Assembly: GCA_964523575.1 (NCBI GenBank)
Contig: CAZGAV010000010.1
Coordinates: 5,466-69,465 of the forward strand
Length of the DNA stretch: 64,000 nt
DNA from: an uncultured Ignavibacteriales bacterium
Lineage (GTDB): Bacteria; Zixibacteria; MSB-5A5; GN15; JAAZOE01
Direction of reading: 5' to 3'
The notes beneath the pieces are model-generated. The model was not told where the DNA came from. It saw nothing but the letters and a program-made list of their open reading frames with translations, and searched no databases. Both the position numbers and the translations under genes were made by a program. How positions within the stretch are numbered: the stretch's first letter is position 1; each line of letters opens with the position of its first letter. This document shows positions 15,620 through 25,275 of this stretch, piece by piece.

Positions 15620-17179
15620 ATGGCGAAGCAGGTAGACGATTCGGAGGATCCGGAGGGTCTCCGGACCATGCGATTCACCGAAGAGCAGGCGCGAAGCGCG
15701 CAGGATGCTCTTACTCATCGACCAAGGATCAGCATCAGACTCCGTATCGCCGCCGGTTTTCTTGTCACCTTCGTTTTTACCTGCTGTGTCACCATCGCGG
15801 CCATGGTCTTCATCTCCAATATCGCCAGCCGCCAGCAACTTCTGGAACGGGCCGGGAATTATGAATTCGAAATCCAGCAGGCCCGCCGGTTCGAAAAAAA
15901 CTGGTTTCTCTACGGCACCAACCTGTACGATGCCCTGAACAATACCCAGAACGCCGAAAACCTGCTGAATAATTCCCAGGATGAGATGGAGAAAATCATG
16001 GGCGGCCGGGCCTATGAGAGGATGAAGAATAATCTCGTTCGATATCGGGAAACGCTTGAGAAGCTGGGCGCTCTGCCCCAGCCGGGTGATTCCACTTCCC
16101 AGAGTCAACGTCTGACGCTGGAGTCGGAATTACGCCATTTCGGCGCCGAAATCGTCACCGAGGCGTCGAATGTCGTCGATCAGGAACGGCTTCGTATCCA
16201 TACATGGCTGCGGACGTCGATGGTCATCGCCGTGGCGGCGCTGGTGGTTATTCTCATTTTCGTGGCCGTCATCGCCTCATTCATTGCGCGCCAGATCATC
16301 CGGCCTTTCGGGCGTTTTGAAACCTACACGCGCCGTATCGCCGCCGGCGACTTCTCCCTGATTACACCCGCCCGCAAATATCGAGATGAATTTACCAATC
16401 TCGCCATCGCCCTCAATCATATGTTGCTGGAAGTCAAAAACCGGGAGGATCAGCTTATCCAGTCGCGGAAGATGGCCGCTATCGGCAACCTGACGGCGGG
16501 CATCGCCCATGAGCTGAACAATCCCCTGAATAATATCAGTATCACGACCGAGGCTTTGATCGACGAATTCGATGACTGGAATCGTGAAGAGAAACTGAAA
16601 ATGCTCAACACGATCGCCTCACAGGTGGAGCGTTCCGGCGCCATCGTCGCCAACCTGCTCGATTTCACCCGGCGGGACGAGTCCTCGTTCGAGGAGATTT
16701 CCATCAACGACGTCCTCAACCGGACAGTGAAGCTGATGGCCAATGAAATCAGTTTGAACAATATCCGCCTCGATCTCGATCTGGGGTCCAATCTGCCGCG
16801 GATGATGGGGAACGTCCACAACCTCCAGCAGGTATTTCTCAATCTGTTTCTCAATGCAATCCAGGCGATGCCCGACGGCGGCGTGCTGTCGGTGAAAAGC
16901 CATGTGGAAAGCGGATCGCTCCGGGTGGACGTCGGCGATACCGGAGTCGGTATCCCGGCCGAAAATCTGGATAAGATATTCGATCCGTTTTTCACGACCA
17001 AGGAAATCGGCACGGGCACCGGCCTGGGCCTGTCGGTGAGCTACGGGATAATCGAGAAGCATCACGGCCGGGTCACGGTGAAAAGCGAAGTCGGCCACGG
17101 AACCGTGTTTTCAATCATACTGCCGTTATCCGGCGCCATGAGCGGAGTCAATGAACATTTGACCGACAGGTCGATATGA
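15620..17179 (+). CDS. Sensor histidine kinase (2 TM, extracytoplasmic sensor, HAMP, HisKA, HATPase_c)
   Basis: H-box [14 protein letters not shown]-box [13 protein letters not shown]1 DTGVGI, G2 [12 protein letters not shown], and a HAMP-like segment after the second TM. Confidence 0.9.
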   Translation: MAKQVDDSEDPEGLRTMRFTEEQARSAQDALTHRPRISIRLRIAAGFLVTFVFTCCVTIAAMVFISNIASRQQLLERAGNYEFEIQQARRFEKNWFLYGTNLYDALNNTQNAENLLNNSQDEMEKIMGGRAYERMKNNLVRYRETLEKLGALPQPGDSTSQSQRLTLESELRHFGAEIVTEASNVVDQERLRIHTWLRTSMVIAVAALVVILIFVAVIASFIARQIIRPFGRFETYTRRIAAGDFSLITPARKYRDEFTNLAIALNHMLLEVKNREDQLIQSRKMAAIGNLTAGIAHELNNPLNNISITTEALIDEFDDWNREEKLKMLNTIASQVERSGAIVANLLDFTRRDESSFEEISINDVLNRTVKLMANEISLNNIRLDLDLGSNLPRMMGNVHNLQQVFLNLFLNAIQAMPDGGVLSVKSHVESGSLRVDVGDTGVGIPAENLDKIFDPFFTTKEIGTGTGLGLSVSYGIIEKHHGRVTVKSEVGHGTVFSIILPLSGAMSGVNEHLTDRSI

Positions 17180-17204
17180 CCGGCAATGCGAAAAGGAGAA
17201 AGGT

Positions 17205-17585
17205 ATGAGCAAGGCGGTTGAGGTTATGGTTCTGGACGATGAACCGATTGTCTGTGAACGACTGCAGGAGTATTTGGAAAAGAAGGGAATGTCGGTGGAA
17301 ACCTTCACCGAATCGCCCAAGGCCCTCGACCGGCTCAAGGAAAAAACCTTCGATGTCATTGTCACCGATATCAGGATGGCCGGGCCGAGCGGGATCGATG
17401 TCCTCGTCGCCGTAAAAAACGAGGCTTATCCATCGGAGGTCATTCTGATCACCGGATACGGTTCCTTTGAGACCTTTCGCGCGGCCGAAGCGGTCGGCGC
17501 CTTCGATTATATAAACAAGCCGTTCAAGGTGGAAGAGGTTTACAAGAAGGTAACGAAAGCGGCGTCGAAGGCCCGCAAGCATTAA
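17205..17585 (+). CDS. Stand-alone response-regulator receiver (CheY-like) protein
   Basis: VMVLDDE, ...FDVIVTDIRM (phospho-Asp), ...ILITGYG, ...DYINKPF. No output domain. Confidence 0.9.
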   Translation: MSKAVEVMVLDDEPIVCERLQEYLEKKGMSVETFTESPKALDRLKEKTFDVIVTDIRMAGPSGIDVLVAVKNEAYPSEVILITGYGSFETFRAAEAVGAFDYINKPFKVEEVYKKVTKAASKARKH

Positions 17586-17647
17586 ACATAGCCGGGTGAT
17601 CCTACGGTAATGCAACCGGCGGCGATGCGGTAATATGAGTCGTATGG

Positions 17648-18043
17648 ATGATGAAGATGAATAAAAAGACAAGAATTCTGGTGCTGGACGACGAAGCCAT
17701 CGTCGGTGAACGCCTCAAGGCCTCGCTGGAGCGGGCCGGATTCGCCGTCGATGCTTTCGCCTCAAGCCATGAGGCCATCGAGAGCCTGCGCGAGGAACAT
17801 TATGATATCCTGGTAACCGATCTCAAGATGAGCGGCCCCGATGGTATGGAGGTATTGAGGGAGGCGCGGCAATCGAATCCGGGCATCAAGGCGGTCGTTA
17901 TCACCGGCTTCGCCACCTCCGAAACCGCCAGGGAAGCGATGCAAAGCGGGGCCGTGTCGTTTATCGCCAAGCCGTTCAAGATCAGTGAATTGAAAAGCCT
18001 TTTAAGCGAACTTGCGAGACCGAAAGATGATGCCGGAGAATAA
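17648..18043 (+). CDS. Stand-alone response-regulator receiver protein
   Basis: ILVLDDE, YDILVTDLKMSGPDG, VVITGFA, FIAKPFKISELKSLL. Alternative starts at 17651 and 17657. Confidence 0.9.
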   Translation: MMKMNKKTRILVLDDEAIVGERLKASLERAGFAVDAFASSHEAIESLREEHYDILVTDLKMSGPDGMEVLREARQSNPGIKAVVITGFATSETAREAMQSGAVSFIAKPFKISELKSLLSELARPKDDAGE

Positions 18044-18140
18044 TGGCAATAATATCCGGGACTGTAAAATATCAGAAGTCCCGGCGCACAGGGAAACGAC
18101 AACTTTGGATCATGACAATTATTGGGAGTGAGTAAGACGA

Positions 18141-19073
18141 ATGCCTGACTTATATATCTATCTGCCGGTCGCCAATGTCAGCGTTCATATCCTGGTGCTT
18201 CTCGGCCTCGGCCTGATAGTCGGCTTTCTCTCCGGGTTATTCGGGGTGGGAGGCGGCTTTCTGCTGACGCCGCTATTGATGATGATCGGGATTCCGCCGA
18301 CTGTCGCCGCCGCCTCGGACGCCAACCAGATCGTGGCCGCTTCCACCTCGGGCACGCTGGCCCACTGGCGGCTGGGCAACGTCGATTTCAAGATGGGACT
18401 GCTGCTGGTGATAGGGGGGATTATCGGCGGGACGCTGGGCGTCCAGCTCATCAAAATTCTCCGGGCGGCCGGTAATGCCGACTTCGTCATCAAAATCACC
18501 TATGTGATCATGCTCGGCGTTATCGGGACTTACATGTTTCAGGAAAGCCTCAGAAACCTGCGGCCGCGACCGCTCCAAAGCCCCAGAGAGAAAGTGCGCA
18601 AGAAATCATGGTTCGCCGGCTGTTGCGAAGCCCTGCCGCTGGAAGTCCAATTCGAAAAATCAGGCATCAGCCTGTCGGTTTTTATGCCCTTGATTCTGGG
18701 GACGCTGGTCGGTGTGCTTTCGGCCCTGATGGGCGTTGGCGGCGGGTTTATCATGGTTCCGGTGATGGTGTACATGTTGCGTATGCCGATGCATGTCGTC
18801 GTCGGGACAAGCCTCTTTCAGGTATTATTCACCTGCATCAACGTCACCTTCATGCAGTCGTATTACAATCATACGGTTGATCTCGTGCTGGCTATATTCC
18901 TGCTCGTCGGATCCACGACCGGGGCTCAGTTCGGGGCGCGGATCAGCAGCCGCCTCAAGGCCGACCAATTGAAAATTATTCTGGCGTCGATCGTCCTTCT
19001 GGTCATGATCAAAATGGCGGTCGGACTGATATTGCCCCCGAGCACTTTACTATCCTATCAGGGAGGTCATTGA
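18141..19073 (+). CDS. TauE/SafE (DUF81) family anion-exporter-like permease, paralog 1
   Basis: Two halves each carry the G(V/M)GGGF(L/I)(L/M)(T/V)P motif (FGVGGGFLLTPLL and MGVGGGFIMVPVM). Multi-TM. Confidence 0.85.
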   Translation: MPDLYIYLPVANVSVHILVLLGLGLIVGFLSGLFGVGGGFLLTPLLMMIGIPPTVAAASDANQIVAASTSGTLAHWRLGNVDFKMGLLLVIGGIIGGTLGVQLIKILRAAGNADFVIKITYVIMLGVIGTYMFQESLRNLRPRPLQSPREKVRKKSWFAGCCEALPLEVQFEKSGISLSVFMPLILGTLVGVLSALMGVGGGFIMVPVMVYMLRMPMHVVVGTSLFQVLFTCINVTFMQSYYNHTVDLVLAIFLLVGSTTGAQFGARISSRLKADQLKIILASIVLLVMIKMAVGLILPPSTLLSYQGGH

Positions 19074-19250
19074 TGATCCGGCAGGTGCCGTCGATCCGAA
19101 CCGGTAGATTTAGACGCCAGGCAGCCTTTACGCCGCTCAGGGACTTCCGGGAAACGGGAAGATTCCCGATCGTCTCGGCCGGGGCATGGATAATTGCCCG
19201 GCGCGACGGACTTTTTTATTATTCAACCATTGGGAGCCGATGATCAAGCC

Positions 19251-20183
19251 ATGTTTCATCTTTACGTTCATCTTCCGATTGCCAACGCCAGCGTGCAGAT
19301 GTTTCTTTTGCTCGGGCTGGGTTTGTCGGTTGGTTTTCTTTCCGGCCTGTTCGGTGTGGGCGGGGGCTTTTTATTGACTCCGCTGTTAATGATGATAGGG
19401 ATCGCACCCACCGTCGCGGCCGCTTCCGATGCCAACCAGATTGTCGCCTCCACCACGTCAGGCACGTTTGCCCACTGGCGATTGGGAAATGTTGATTTCA
19501 AAATGGGCCTGATCCTGGTGACCGGCGGGATTATCGGCGGGACGCTCGGCGTCCAGTTGGTCAAATTGCTGAGAGCGGCCGGCGAAGCCGGAGCGGTCAT
19601 AAAGGTCACGTACGTGATCATGCTCGGAATCGTCGGCTCCTACATGTTCCTGGAAAGTCTTAAAAACCTGCGGCACCAACAGCCCCCGGATACGGATGTG
19701 AGACGCCGGAAGAAATCATGGTTCGCCGTTTGCAGCGAAGCCCTTCCGTTGCCGGCCCGATTCGAAAAGTCGGGAATAACCATCTCGGTTTTTGTCCCGA
19801 TAATCCTGGGTTCGCTGGTCGGTATGCTTTCGGCGCTGCTGGGTGTCGGCGGCGGGTTCATCATGGTCCCGGTGATGATCTATTTGCTGCGGATGCCGAT
19901 GCACGTCGTTGTGGGTACGAATCTTTTTCAGGAAGTGTTCACCTGCATCAATGTCACTTTCATGCAGGCATACTACAATCATACGGTCGATCTTGTTCTG
20001 GCCCTGTTCTTGCTGGTCGGTTCCTCAACCGGGGCTCAGTTGGGGGCGCGGATCAGCAACCGGCTGAAATCCGACCAATTGAAAATTATTCTGGCCTCGA
20101 TTGTGCTGATCGTCATGGTGAAAATCGCCCTCGGGCTGTTGCTGCATCCCAATGCAATGCTTTCGTATGGGGGGGGTGAATGA
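19251..20183 (+). CDS. TauE/SafE (DUF81) family permease, paralog 2 (tandem duplicate)
   Basis: Trimmed to ATG 19251 so that MFHLYVHLPIANASV aligns with MPDLYIYLPVANVSV of paralog 1. The two are collinear and highly similar over their full length. Confidence 0.85.
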   Translation: MFHLYVHLPIANASVQMFLLLGLGLSVGFLSGLFGVGGGFLLTPLLMMIGIAPTVAAASDANQIVASTTSGTFAHWRLGNVDFKMGLILVTGGIIGGTLGVQLVKLLRAAGEAGAVIKVTYVIMLGIVGSYMFLESLKNLRHQQPPDTDVRRRKKSWFAVCSEALPLPARFEKSGITISVFVPIILGSLVGMLSALLGVGGGFIMVPVMIYLLRMPMHVVVGTNLFQEVFTCINVTFMQAYYNHTVDLVLALFLLVGSSTGAQLGARISNRLKSDQLKIILASIVLIVMVKIALGLLLHPNAMLSYGGGE

Positions 20184-20965
20184 TGTTCAGCTTATTTCGG
20201 CTGATCGGGCTCGTCTGCCTGCTCTTTCCGGCGCTTACGGCCGCCGTGGAGACCGCTTCCAATGACTCGCTGGTATCGTTGACACTGACGCCCGACCAAA
20301 TCCATGTCGGTACGTTTTATCGCGGAGCCACGGTGGATGCTTCGGCGCAAGTGCCCGAATGTGACGGGGCCATTGTGATCATGGCATCGGAAGGCGAGGG
20401 CGAGACCCTGAACAGAAAGGGGCGCGTGGTCGGCATCTGGCTGAATGTGGCCCAGGTAACAGTCCGCGATGTGCCCGATGTATATCTTCTGGGGGCGTCG
20501 GATAAATTGGAAAATATCTGTTCGCCCGAGGTTCGACAAGAATTGGGACTGGGCGTGGATTACCTGCGACAGCAGTTGAAATTCACCTGTGACAAGCCGC
20601 TGACCGGGACCGAATTCGATGAATTCCTGAGGCTGAAAAGCAAAAGCGGCACGTATAATATGGATATAAAAGCCGAATTGACGCCGGCCGGGCCGGGAAT
20701 GCAGGAATTTTCAGCAATCCTGCCTGTTCCGGCCACCATACCTCCCGGGAAATACGAAGTTTTGCTCTATTGCTTCCGGGGAGGCGAACCGGTTATGCGA
20801 GGGACGGCGACGCTCCTCATAGAACAGGTCGGATTCGCGCGATTGATGTCGGATCTGGCTCACAAGCGGGCGGCCCTTTATGGCGGGCTGGCGATAGTCA
20901 TCGCGATGGTCGTCGGTGTCGGCATGGGGATAGTGTTCAATTCGATGCGCGGAGCCGGCCACTAA
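20180..20965 (+). CDS. Membrane-anchored protein, possibly TIGR02186/Alph_Pro_TM-like TauE partner
   Basis: ATGA start/stop overlap with the TauE paralog. N-terminal signal/TM (FRLIGLVCLLFPALTAAV) and C-terminal TM (LYGGLAIVIAMVVGVGMGIVF). The size (~260 aa) and the adjacency to DUF81 recall the alphaproteobacterial TIGR02186 family. Not verified. Confidence 0.4.
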   Translation: MMFSLFRLIGLVCLLFPALTAAVETASNDSLVSLTLTPDQIHVGTFYRGATVDASAQVPECDGAIVIMASEGEGETLNRKGRVVGIWLNVAQVTVRDVPDVYLLGASDKLENICSPEVRQELGLGVDYLRQQLKFTCDKPLTGTEFDEFLRLKSKSGTYNMDIKAELTPAGPGMQEFSAILPVPATIPPGKYEVLLYCFRGGEPVMRGTATLLIEQVGFARLMSDLAHKRAALYGGLAIVIAMVVGVGMGIVFNSMRGAGH

Positions 20966-20993
20966 TTCGGCGAAAGATTTCGTCGGGAGAGAA

Positions 20994-21380
20994 ATGAATA
21001 ACAGGCTGGATATACTTATTGTCGATGATGAGGCCATCGTCTGTACGCGCCTGAAACCGGCGCTGGAGAAAGATGGCCATCGCGTGGAGACTTTCACCGA
21101 GAGCACTCGGGCTAAAAAGCGTCTCGAGGAAAGTCGGTTCGATATCGTCGTGACGGATATCAAAATGCCCGATGTCGACGGTATGGAGCTGTTTCGATTT
21201 ATCAGGGAAAAATGGCCGACGACCAGGGTGATAATTATTTCGGGCTTTGCCACGGTCGAGATAACAAGGGAGGCGTTCCAGGCGGGGGCCAGCGATGTGA
21301 TCGCCAAACCGTTCAAGATCAGCCAGCTCAAGGCTCTGGTCACCCGGGTGGCGTCGGAAATATTGGACGCCCGCGAATGA
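20994..21380 (+). CDS. Stand-alone response-regulator receiver protein
   Basis: ILIVDDE, FDIVVTDIKMPDVDG, IIISGFA, VIAKPFKISQLKALV. Confidence 0.9.
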   Translation: MNNRLDILIVDDEAIVCTRLKPALEKDGHRVETFTESTRAKKRLEESRFDIVVTDIKMPDVDGMELFRFIREKWPTTRVIIISGFATVEITREAFQAGASDVIAKPFKISQLKALVTRVASEILDARE

Positions 21381-21411
21381 GCCGGCGTAATGACACGAAT
21401 GAGGTAACGGC

Positions 21412-22230
21412 ATGGCTATCATAACCATATCACGGGGCACCATGAGCGGCGGCAAGAAGCTGGCCGAAATGCTGGCCGAGAAATTGAATTACCGATGTGT
21501 GAGCCGGGAGATCGTCATCAAGGCCGCCGACGATTATGGCGCACCCGAGAGCAAGCTTTTCGAAGCCGTCCGAAAATCGCCCTCCATATTTCAAAAGCTT
21601 TCATTCGAAAGGGAACGGTATCTGGCCTATATTCAGGCCAGCCTGTGCGAATACGCCCGGGATGATAATATGATCTATCATGGGCACGCCGGACATTTCC
21701 TTCTGAAAGGGATTTCGCATGTCTTACGCGTCCGCCTTGTCGCCGATATGGCCTATCGCACCGAGGCCGCCATGGAACAATTGAATCTATCGGAGAAGGA
21801 CGCCGTCAGACATATCGAGCGGGTTGACAAAGAGCGTGTCAAGTGGACGAGCTTCCTTTACGGCAAAGACTGGGAATCGCCCGAGTTGTACGACATCGTG
21901 TTCAATCTGGAACACGCCGGACTCGACTTTGTTTGCGAAATGTGCTCTCATGCGGTAGCCCAGCCGCAATTTCAGGTGACGCCGGAATCGGCCCGGGCGA
22001 TGAAAAACCTCCTGACCGCCAGCAAGGTGCGGGCGGCCCTGGCCGGGATTTCCTATCTTCGCCTGGACCATCTGGAAGTTATGGCCGAGGGAGGCGAAGT
22101 GACTATCCGGGGCAGGGTCAAATCGCAGGAACAGATGGATGCCGTCCTCGAAGCGGCCCGCGCCATACCGGGAGTCGAAACCGTCGAGAACTTGGTGCAA
22201 ATCGATTATCGCAGTTTCGGAGTTCAATAA
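21412..22230 (+). CDS. Cytidylate-kinase-like (P-loop NMP kinase family 2) protein with C-terminal BON domain
   Basis: N-terminus MAIITISRGTMSGGKKLAEMLAEKLNY is typical of Cytidylate_kin2-type proteins. The C-terminus VTIRGRVKSQEQMDAVLEAARAIPGVETVENLVQI is BON-like. Confidence 0.65.
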   Translation: MAIITISRGTMSGGKKLAEMLAEKLNYRCVSREIVIKAADDYGAPESKLFEAVRKSPSIFQKLSFERERYLAYIQASLCEYARDDNMIYHGHAGHFLLKGISHVLRVRLVADMAYRTEAAMEQLNLSEKDAVRHIERVDKERVKWTSFLYGKDWESPELYDIVFNLEHAGLDFVCEMCSHAVAQPQFQVTPESARAMKNLLTASKVRAALAGISYLRLDHLEVMAEGGEVTIRGRVKSQEQMDAVLEAARAIPGVETVENLVQIDYRSFGVQ

Positions 22231-22251
22231 AAAAACCGTGAGGGGCGCCTT

Positions 22252-24819
22252 GTGGTATTTCGCAGAATTGCCAAATTCTTCCGCCGTTCCCGCCCCGGTG
22301 ATCTGAGCCGTTTCCGGGAATTGTTCGAGAGATTTCAGCAAATTCTCAAAAGCAACAACCGCATCCTGGAAATCATCTCGGAACTCGACGACAAGCTCGG
22401 CGGCGAATATATCTTCGATATCAACTACCTCAGGGACGCCGTCGATCAGCTTTCCGAGGCCGTCTATTTCGTCAGCTCTAATCTCAACGTCATGGCCGAT
22501 AATCGTTACCGGGAGCTTTTTTCGCGGCAGACAGCCATCCATGAAGAGCTAAAAAATATCGTCGAGGAATACCATCCGCAGGTCCCGGATAGCTTTGTCG
22601 TGGATTACGCCGACGTCGATGCCGATATGGCGGAATTTGCGGGCGGTAAGAATGCCAATCTGGGAGAAATTAGAAATCATCTCGAGATGCTCACTCCGGA
22701 AGGCTTTGTGATTTCGACCGTCGCCTATCGGCGTTTCATGGATGACAACGAGCTGGGGCCGGAGATCGAGAAGTTGCGCCGGAAATATGCCGGAGAAGAT
22801 CGAAATGCCGCCGGGCAATACGATCAGGCCATCGCCGACCTTTTCGAACGGATATCAATACCGGAGGATATTGTCAGGGCTGTCGAGGGGCAGATCGCCC
22901 GTCTTCGAAAACTGGCGCCCGACAGACTCAATTTTGCCGTTCGATCCAGCGCTCTTGGGGAAGATTCATCGGGACAGAGTTTCGCCGGACAGTTCGTCTC
23001 CGTCTTGAATTGCCGGGATGACGGCATCCTCGACGCCTATAAAAAAGTGGTGGCCAGCCGATTCAAGCACAGCGTCTTCGCCTATGCCGGGGAGGATGCG
23101 TCCCGGGATGATCGGCAGCCGATGGCGGTCGGCGTCCAACGGATGATCGACGCCGATGCGGCCGGTGTGGCTTATTCGGTCGAGCCTTCTGGCGAAGCTC
23201 CCGAATGTCTGTCGATTTCGGCCGGTTTCGGACTGGGCGTCAGCGTCGTGGGAGGAACCTCCGATACCGATTATTTCACGGTATCCCGGCTGGACCCGAC
23301 CAGGATTGTCTCGCGCCGTATCGGGCGGAAGCTGACGCAAATGATACCGTCCGACCTCGAAGGGGTCCTCTCGGCCACGGTGCCGGAGGAACTTCAGGAA
23401 ACGCCCAGTCTTGACGACGAGCAGGTGGCCCGGCTGGCCGAGATGGTTCTTATGCTGGAGCGATATTTCAAACGGCCGGTTGACGTCGAATGGTGTTTTG
23501 ACCGGGGCGGCCGGCTTTATGTCCTCCAATGCCGTCCCCTTAAAGTGGCGGCCCGGGGGCCCAAACGTCCATTCAACCGCACCATCGACCTGGCCGACAC
23601 GCCGATTGTGATGAAAAATCGGGGACAGGTGGCCCAGCGCGGCATCGCGGCGGGCAGGGTGCGGCAAATTCATGAGGAAGACGATGCCGCTGATTTTCCG
23701 GTAGGGGCGATAGCCGTCACCCAATATACAACCCCGCGGCTGGCTTCGATCGTCCGCAAAGCCGCCGCCATCGTCACCGATGTCGGCAGTCCCAGCGGTC
23801 ATATGGCCACGGTGGCCCGTGAATTCGGGGTACCGATGATCGTCAATGCCGTCGATGCCACGAAACTTCTGATCGACGGCGCCGAGATCACCATCGACGC
23901 CGAGGAAAATGTCATTTACCGGGGAATCATCAAGGAATTGCTGGATTACAAGACCGAAGCCGAAGATGTGTACCGGGATCTCAAGGAATATCATATCCTC
24001 CGGCAATTACTCCGAAGGATTTCGCCGCTGAACCTGATTGATCCCAACAGTCCCGACTTCACCGCCCGGAACTGCCGTACCTACCATGACATCGCGCGTT
24101 TCTGTCATGAAATGGCGGTCAAAATCCTGATAAATCTCAATATCTCCTCGCGCCTTTTCCGGGGCGTCGAATCGCGGGAACTCCAGCTCCCCATCCCGCT
24201 GGGCCTGCACGTCATCGACCTCGGTGGCGGAGTCATGCCCGACGCCGGAAGCCGTAAAATCACTTCGGTCGAGATGGTTCAATCCCTTCCGATGAGGGCC
24301 TTTCTCGATGGCCTGGTGTCTCCGGGGGCATGGAGCACCCATCCGGTTCAATTGGGATTCGGCGACCTTGTTTCAAGCCTGACCAGATTTTCCATGTCCG
24401 ACCGGGCGACGCACTACCAGGGACAAAATCTGGCCGTTATCACCGACCATTATGCCAATATCAGTCTTCGCCTGGGGTATCATTTCAATGTCATCGACAC
24501 CTACGTCTCCGAAAATGTAGATGACAACTATATCTATTTCCGCTTTGTCGGAGGCGTTACTGAAACCGAACGGCGGCATCTCCGGGCGATTTTGATAAAG
24601 GAAATCCTTGAGAAGCTCCATTTCAGAGCCACGCTCAAAGGCGATCTGGTCGTGGCGCGGCTGAAAAAATTAGAAGATAAAAAGGTTCTGGAAGTCCTGT
24701 ATGACATCGGCCGACTGGTCGGTTTCACCCGCCAGTTAGACACCCAGATGGACAGCAAGGGATCGGTGGCGGAAAGCCTGCGGGTGTTCTTTGGTCATCC
24801 ACAGGGGCGGCAGGACTAA
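22252..24819 (+). CDS. PEP/pyruvate-binding (PPDK_N ATP-grasp) plus PEP-utilising swivel-His domain protein with a non-TIM C-terminal region
   Basis: GTG start with a GAGGGG RBS. FAGGKNANLGE (PpsA-like nucleotide-binding start), DVEWCFDRGGRLYVLQCRPL (end of PPDK_N), and AAIVTDVGSPSGHMATVAREFGVPMIV (phospho-His swivel). The last ~290 aa lack PEP-utilizers_C motifs that I can recognise. Confidence 0.8.
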   Translation: MVFRRIAKFFRRSRPGDLSRFRELFERFQQILKSNNRILEIISELDDKLGGEYIFDINYLRDAVDQLSEAVYFVSSNLNVMADNRYRELFSRQTAIHEELKNIVEEYHPQVPDSFVVDYADVDADMAEFAGGKNANLGEIRNHLEMLTPEGFVISTVAYRRFMDDNELGPEIEKLRRKYAGEDRNAAGQYDQAIADLFERISIPEDIVRAVEGQIARLRKLAPDRLNFAVRSSALGEDSSGQSFAGQFVSVLNCRDDGILDAYKKVVASRFKHSVFAYAGEDASRDDRQPMAVGVQRMIDADAAGVAYSVEPSGEAPECLSISAGFGLGVSVVGGTSDTDYFTVSRLDPTRIVSRRIGRKLTQMIPSDLEGVLSATVPEELQETPSLDDEQVARLAEMVLMLERYFKRPVDVEWCFDRGGRLYVLQCRPLKVAARGPKRPFNRTIDLADTPIVMKNRGQVAQRGIAAGRVRQIHEEDDAADFPVGAIAVTQYTTPRLASIVRKAAAIVTDVGSPSGHMATVAREFGVPMIVNAVDATKLLIDGAEITIDAEENVIYRGIIKELLDYKTEAEDVYRDLKEYHILRQLLRRISPLNLIDPNSPDFTARNCRTYHDIARFCHEMAVKILINLNISSRLFRGVESRELQLPIPLGLHVIDLGGGVMPDAGSRKITSVEMVQSLPMRAFLDGLVSPGAWSTHPVQLGFGDLVSSLTRFSMSDRATHYQGQNLAVITDHYANISLRLGYHFNVIDTYVSENVDDNYIYFRFVGGVTETERRHLRAILIKEILEKLHFRATLKGDLVVARLKKLEDKKVLEVLYDIGRLVGFTRQLDTQMDSKGSVAESLRVFFGHPQGRQD

Positions 24820-24858
24820 ACCCCAAAAGATCAGATAAATGCCTGTGGAGGTTTGCCT

Positions 24859-25143
24859 ATGCGACTGTTGAAAAATCTGTCCGCGATGTTGTGCGGCCTG
24901 CTTGTCGGCGCCGGTTTGTTTCTCTGGTATCTGGCTCAGGTCAGTGCGGAAAAATCCTCGATGAAGATGTTTCTTTTTATCCCGATGTTCGAATTCCACC
25001 AATTCACCCTGACGGACTACATTATAGCCGCGCTCATCGGTGTGATTGGCGCAGTGGTCGCATACGGGATCGTGGTCTTTATTTTCCGGCTGATCGGGTC
25101 GTACGTCCCTCATGCGGATTCCGGAAACGCGCCAGTCGAGTGA
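24859..25143 (+). CDS. Small two-TM membrane protein (hypothetical)
   Basis: GGAGG RBS 7 nt upstream of ATG 24859. Two hydrophobic helices (LCGLLVGAGLFLWYL and IIAALIGVIGAVVAYGIVVFIF). Confidence 0.45.
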   Translation: MRLLKNLSAMLCGLLVGAGLFLWYLAQVSAEKSSMKMFLFIPMFEFHQFTLTDYIIAALIGVIGAVVAYGIVVFIFRLIGSYVPHADSGNAPVE

Positions 25144-25275
25144 AACCGGCCCATGATGGCCGACGGAGCGGCGACGACAAGATCATAAGGGGAGTGAATT
25201 TCTCGAAATGATCGCCATCCCTGTTATTTATGGGCGATGCTGGTAACCTGTCGAGTTATTTCATTGCGGTCTGAT

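Noticed and set aside
22966-24006. 346-aa minus-strand ORF inside the PPDK_N gene. Similar long antisense ORFs occur at 13909-14694, 28265-29038, 30235-31026, 31428-32426, 35999-36844, 38578-39165 and 40966-41652.
   Set aside because: All lie opposite genes with strong motif support. They have no RBS or recognisable motifs and show skewed R/G/P composition, so I treat them as GC-driven artefacts.
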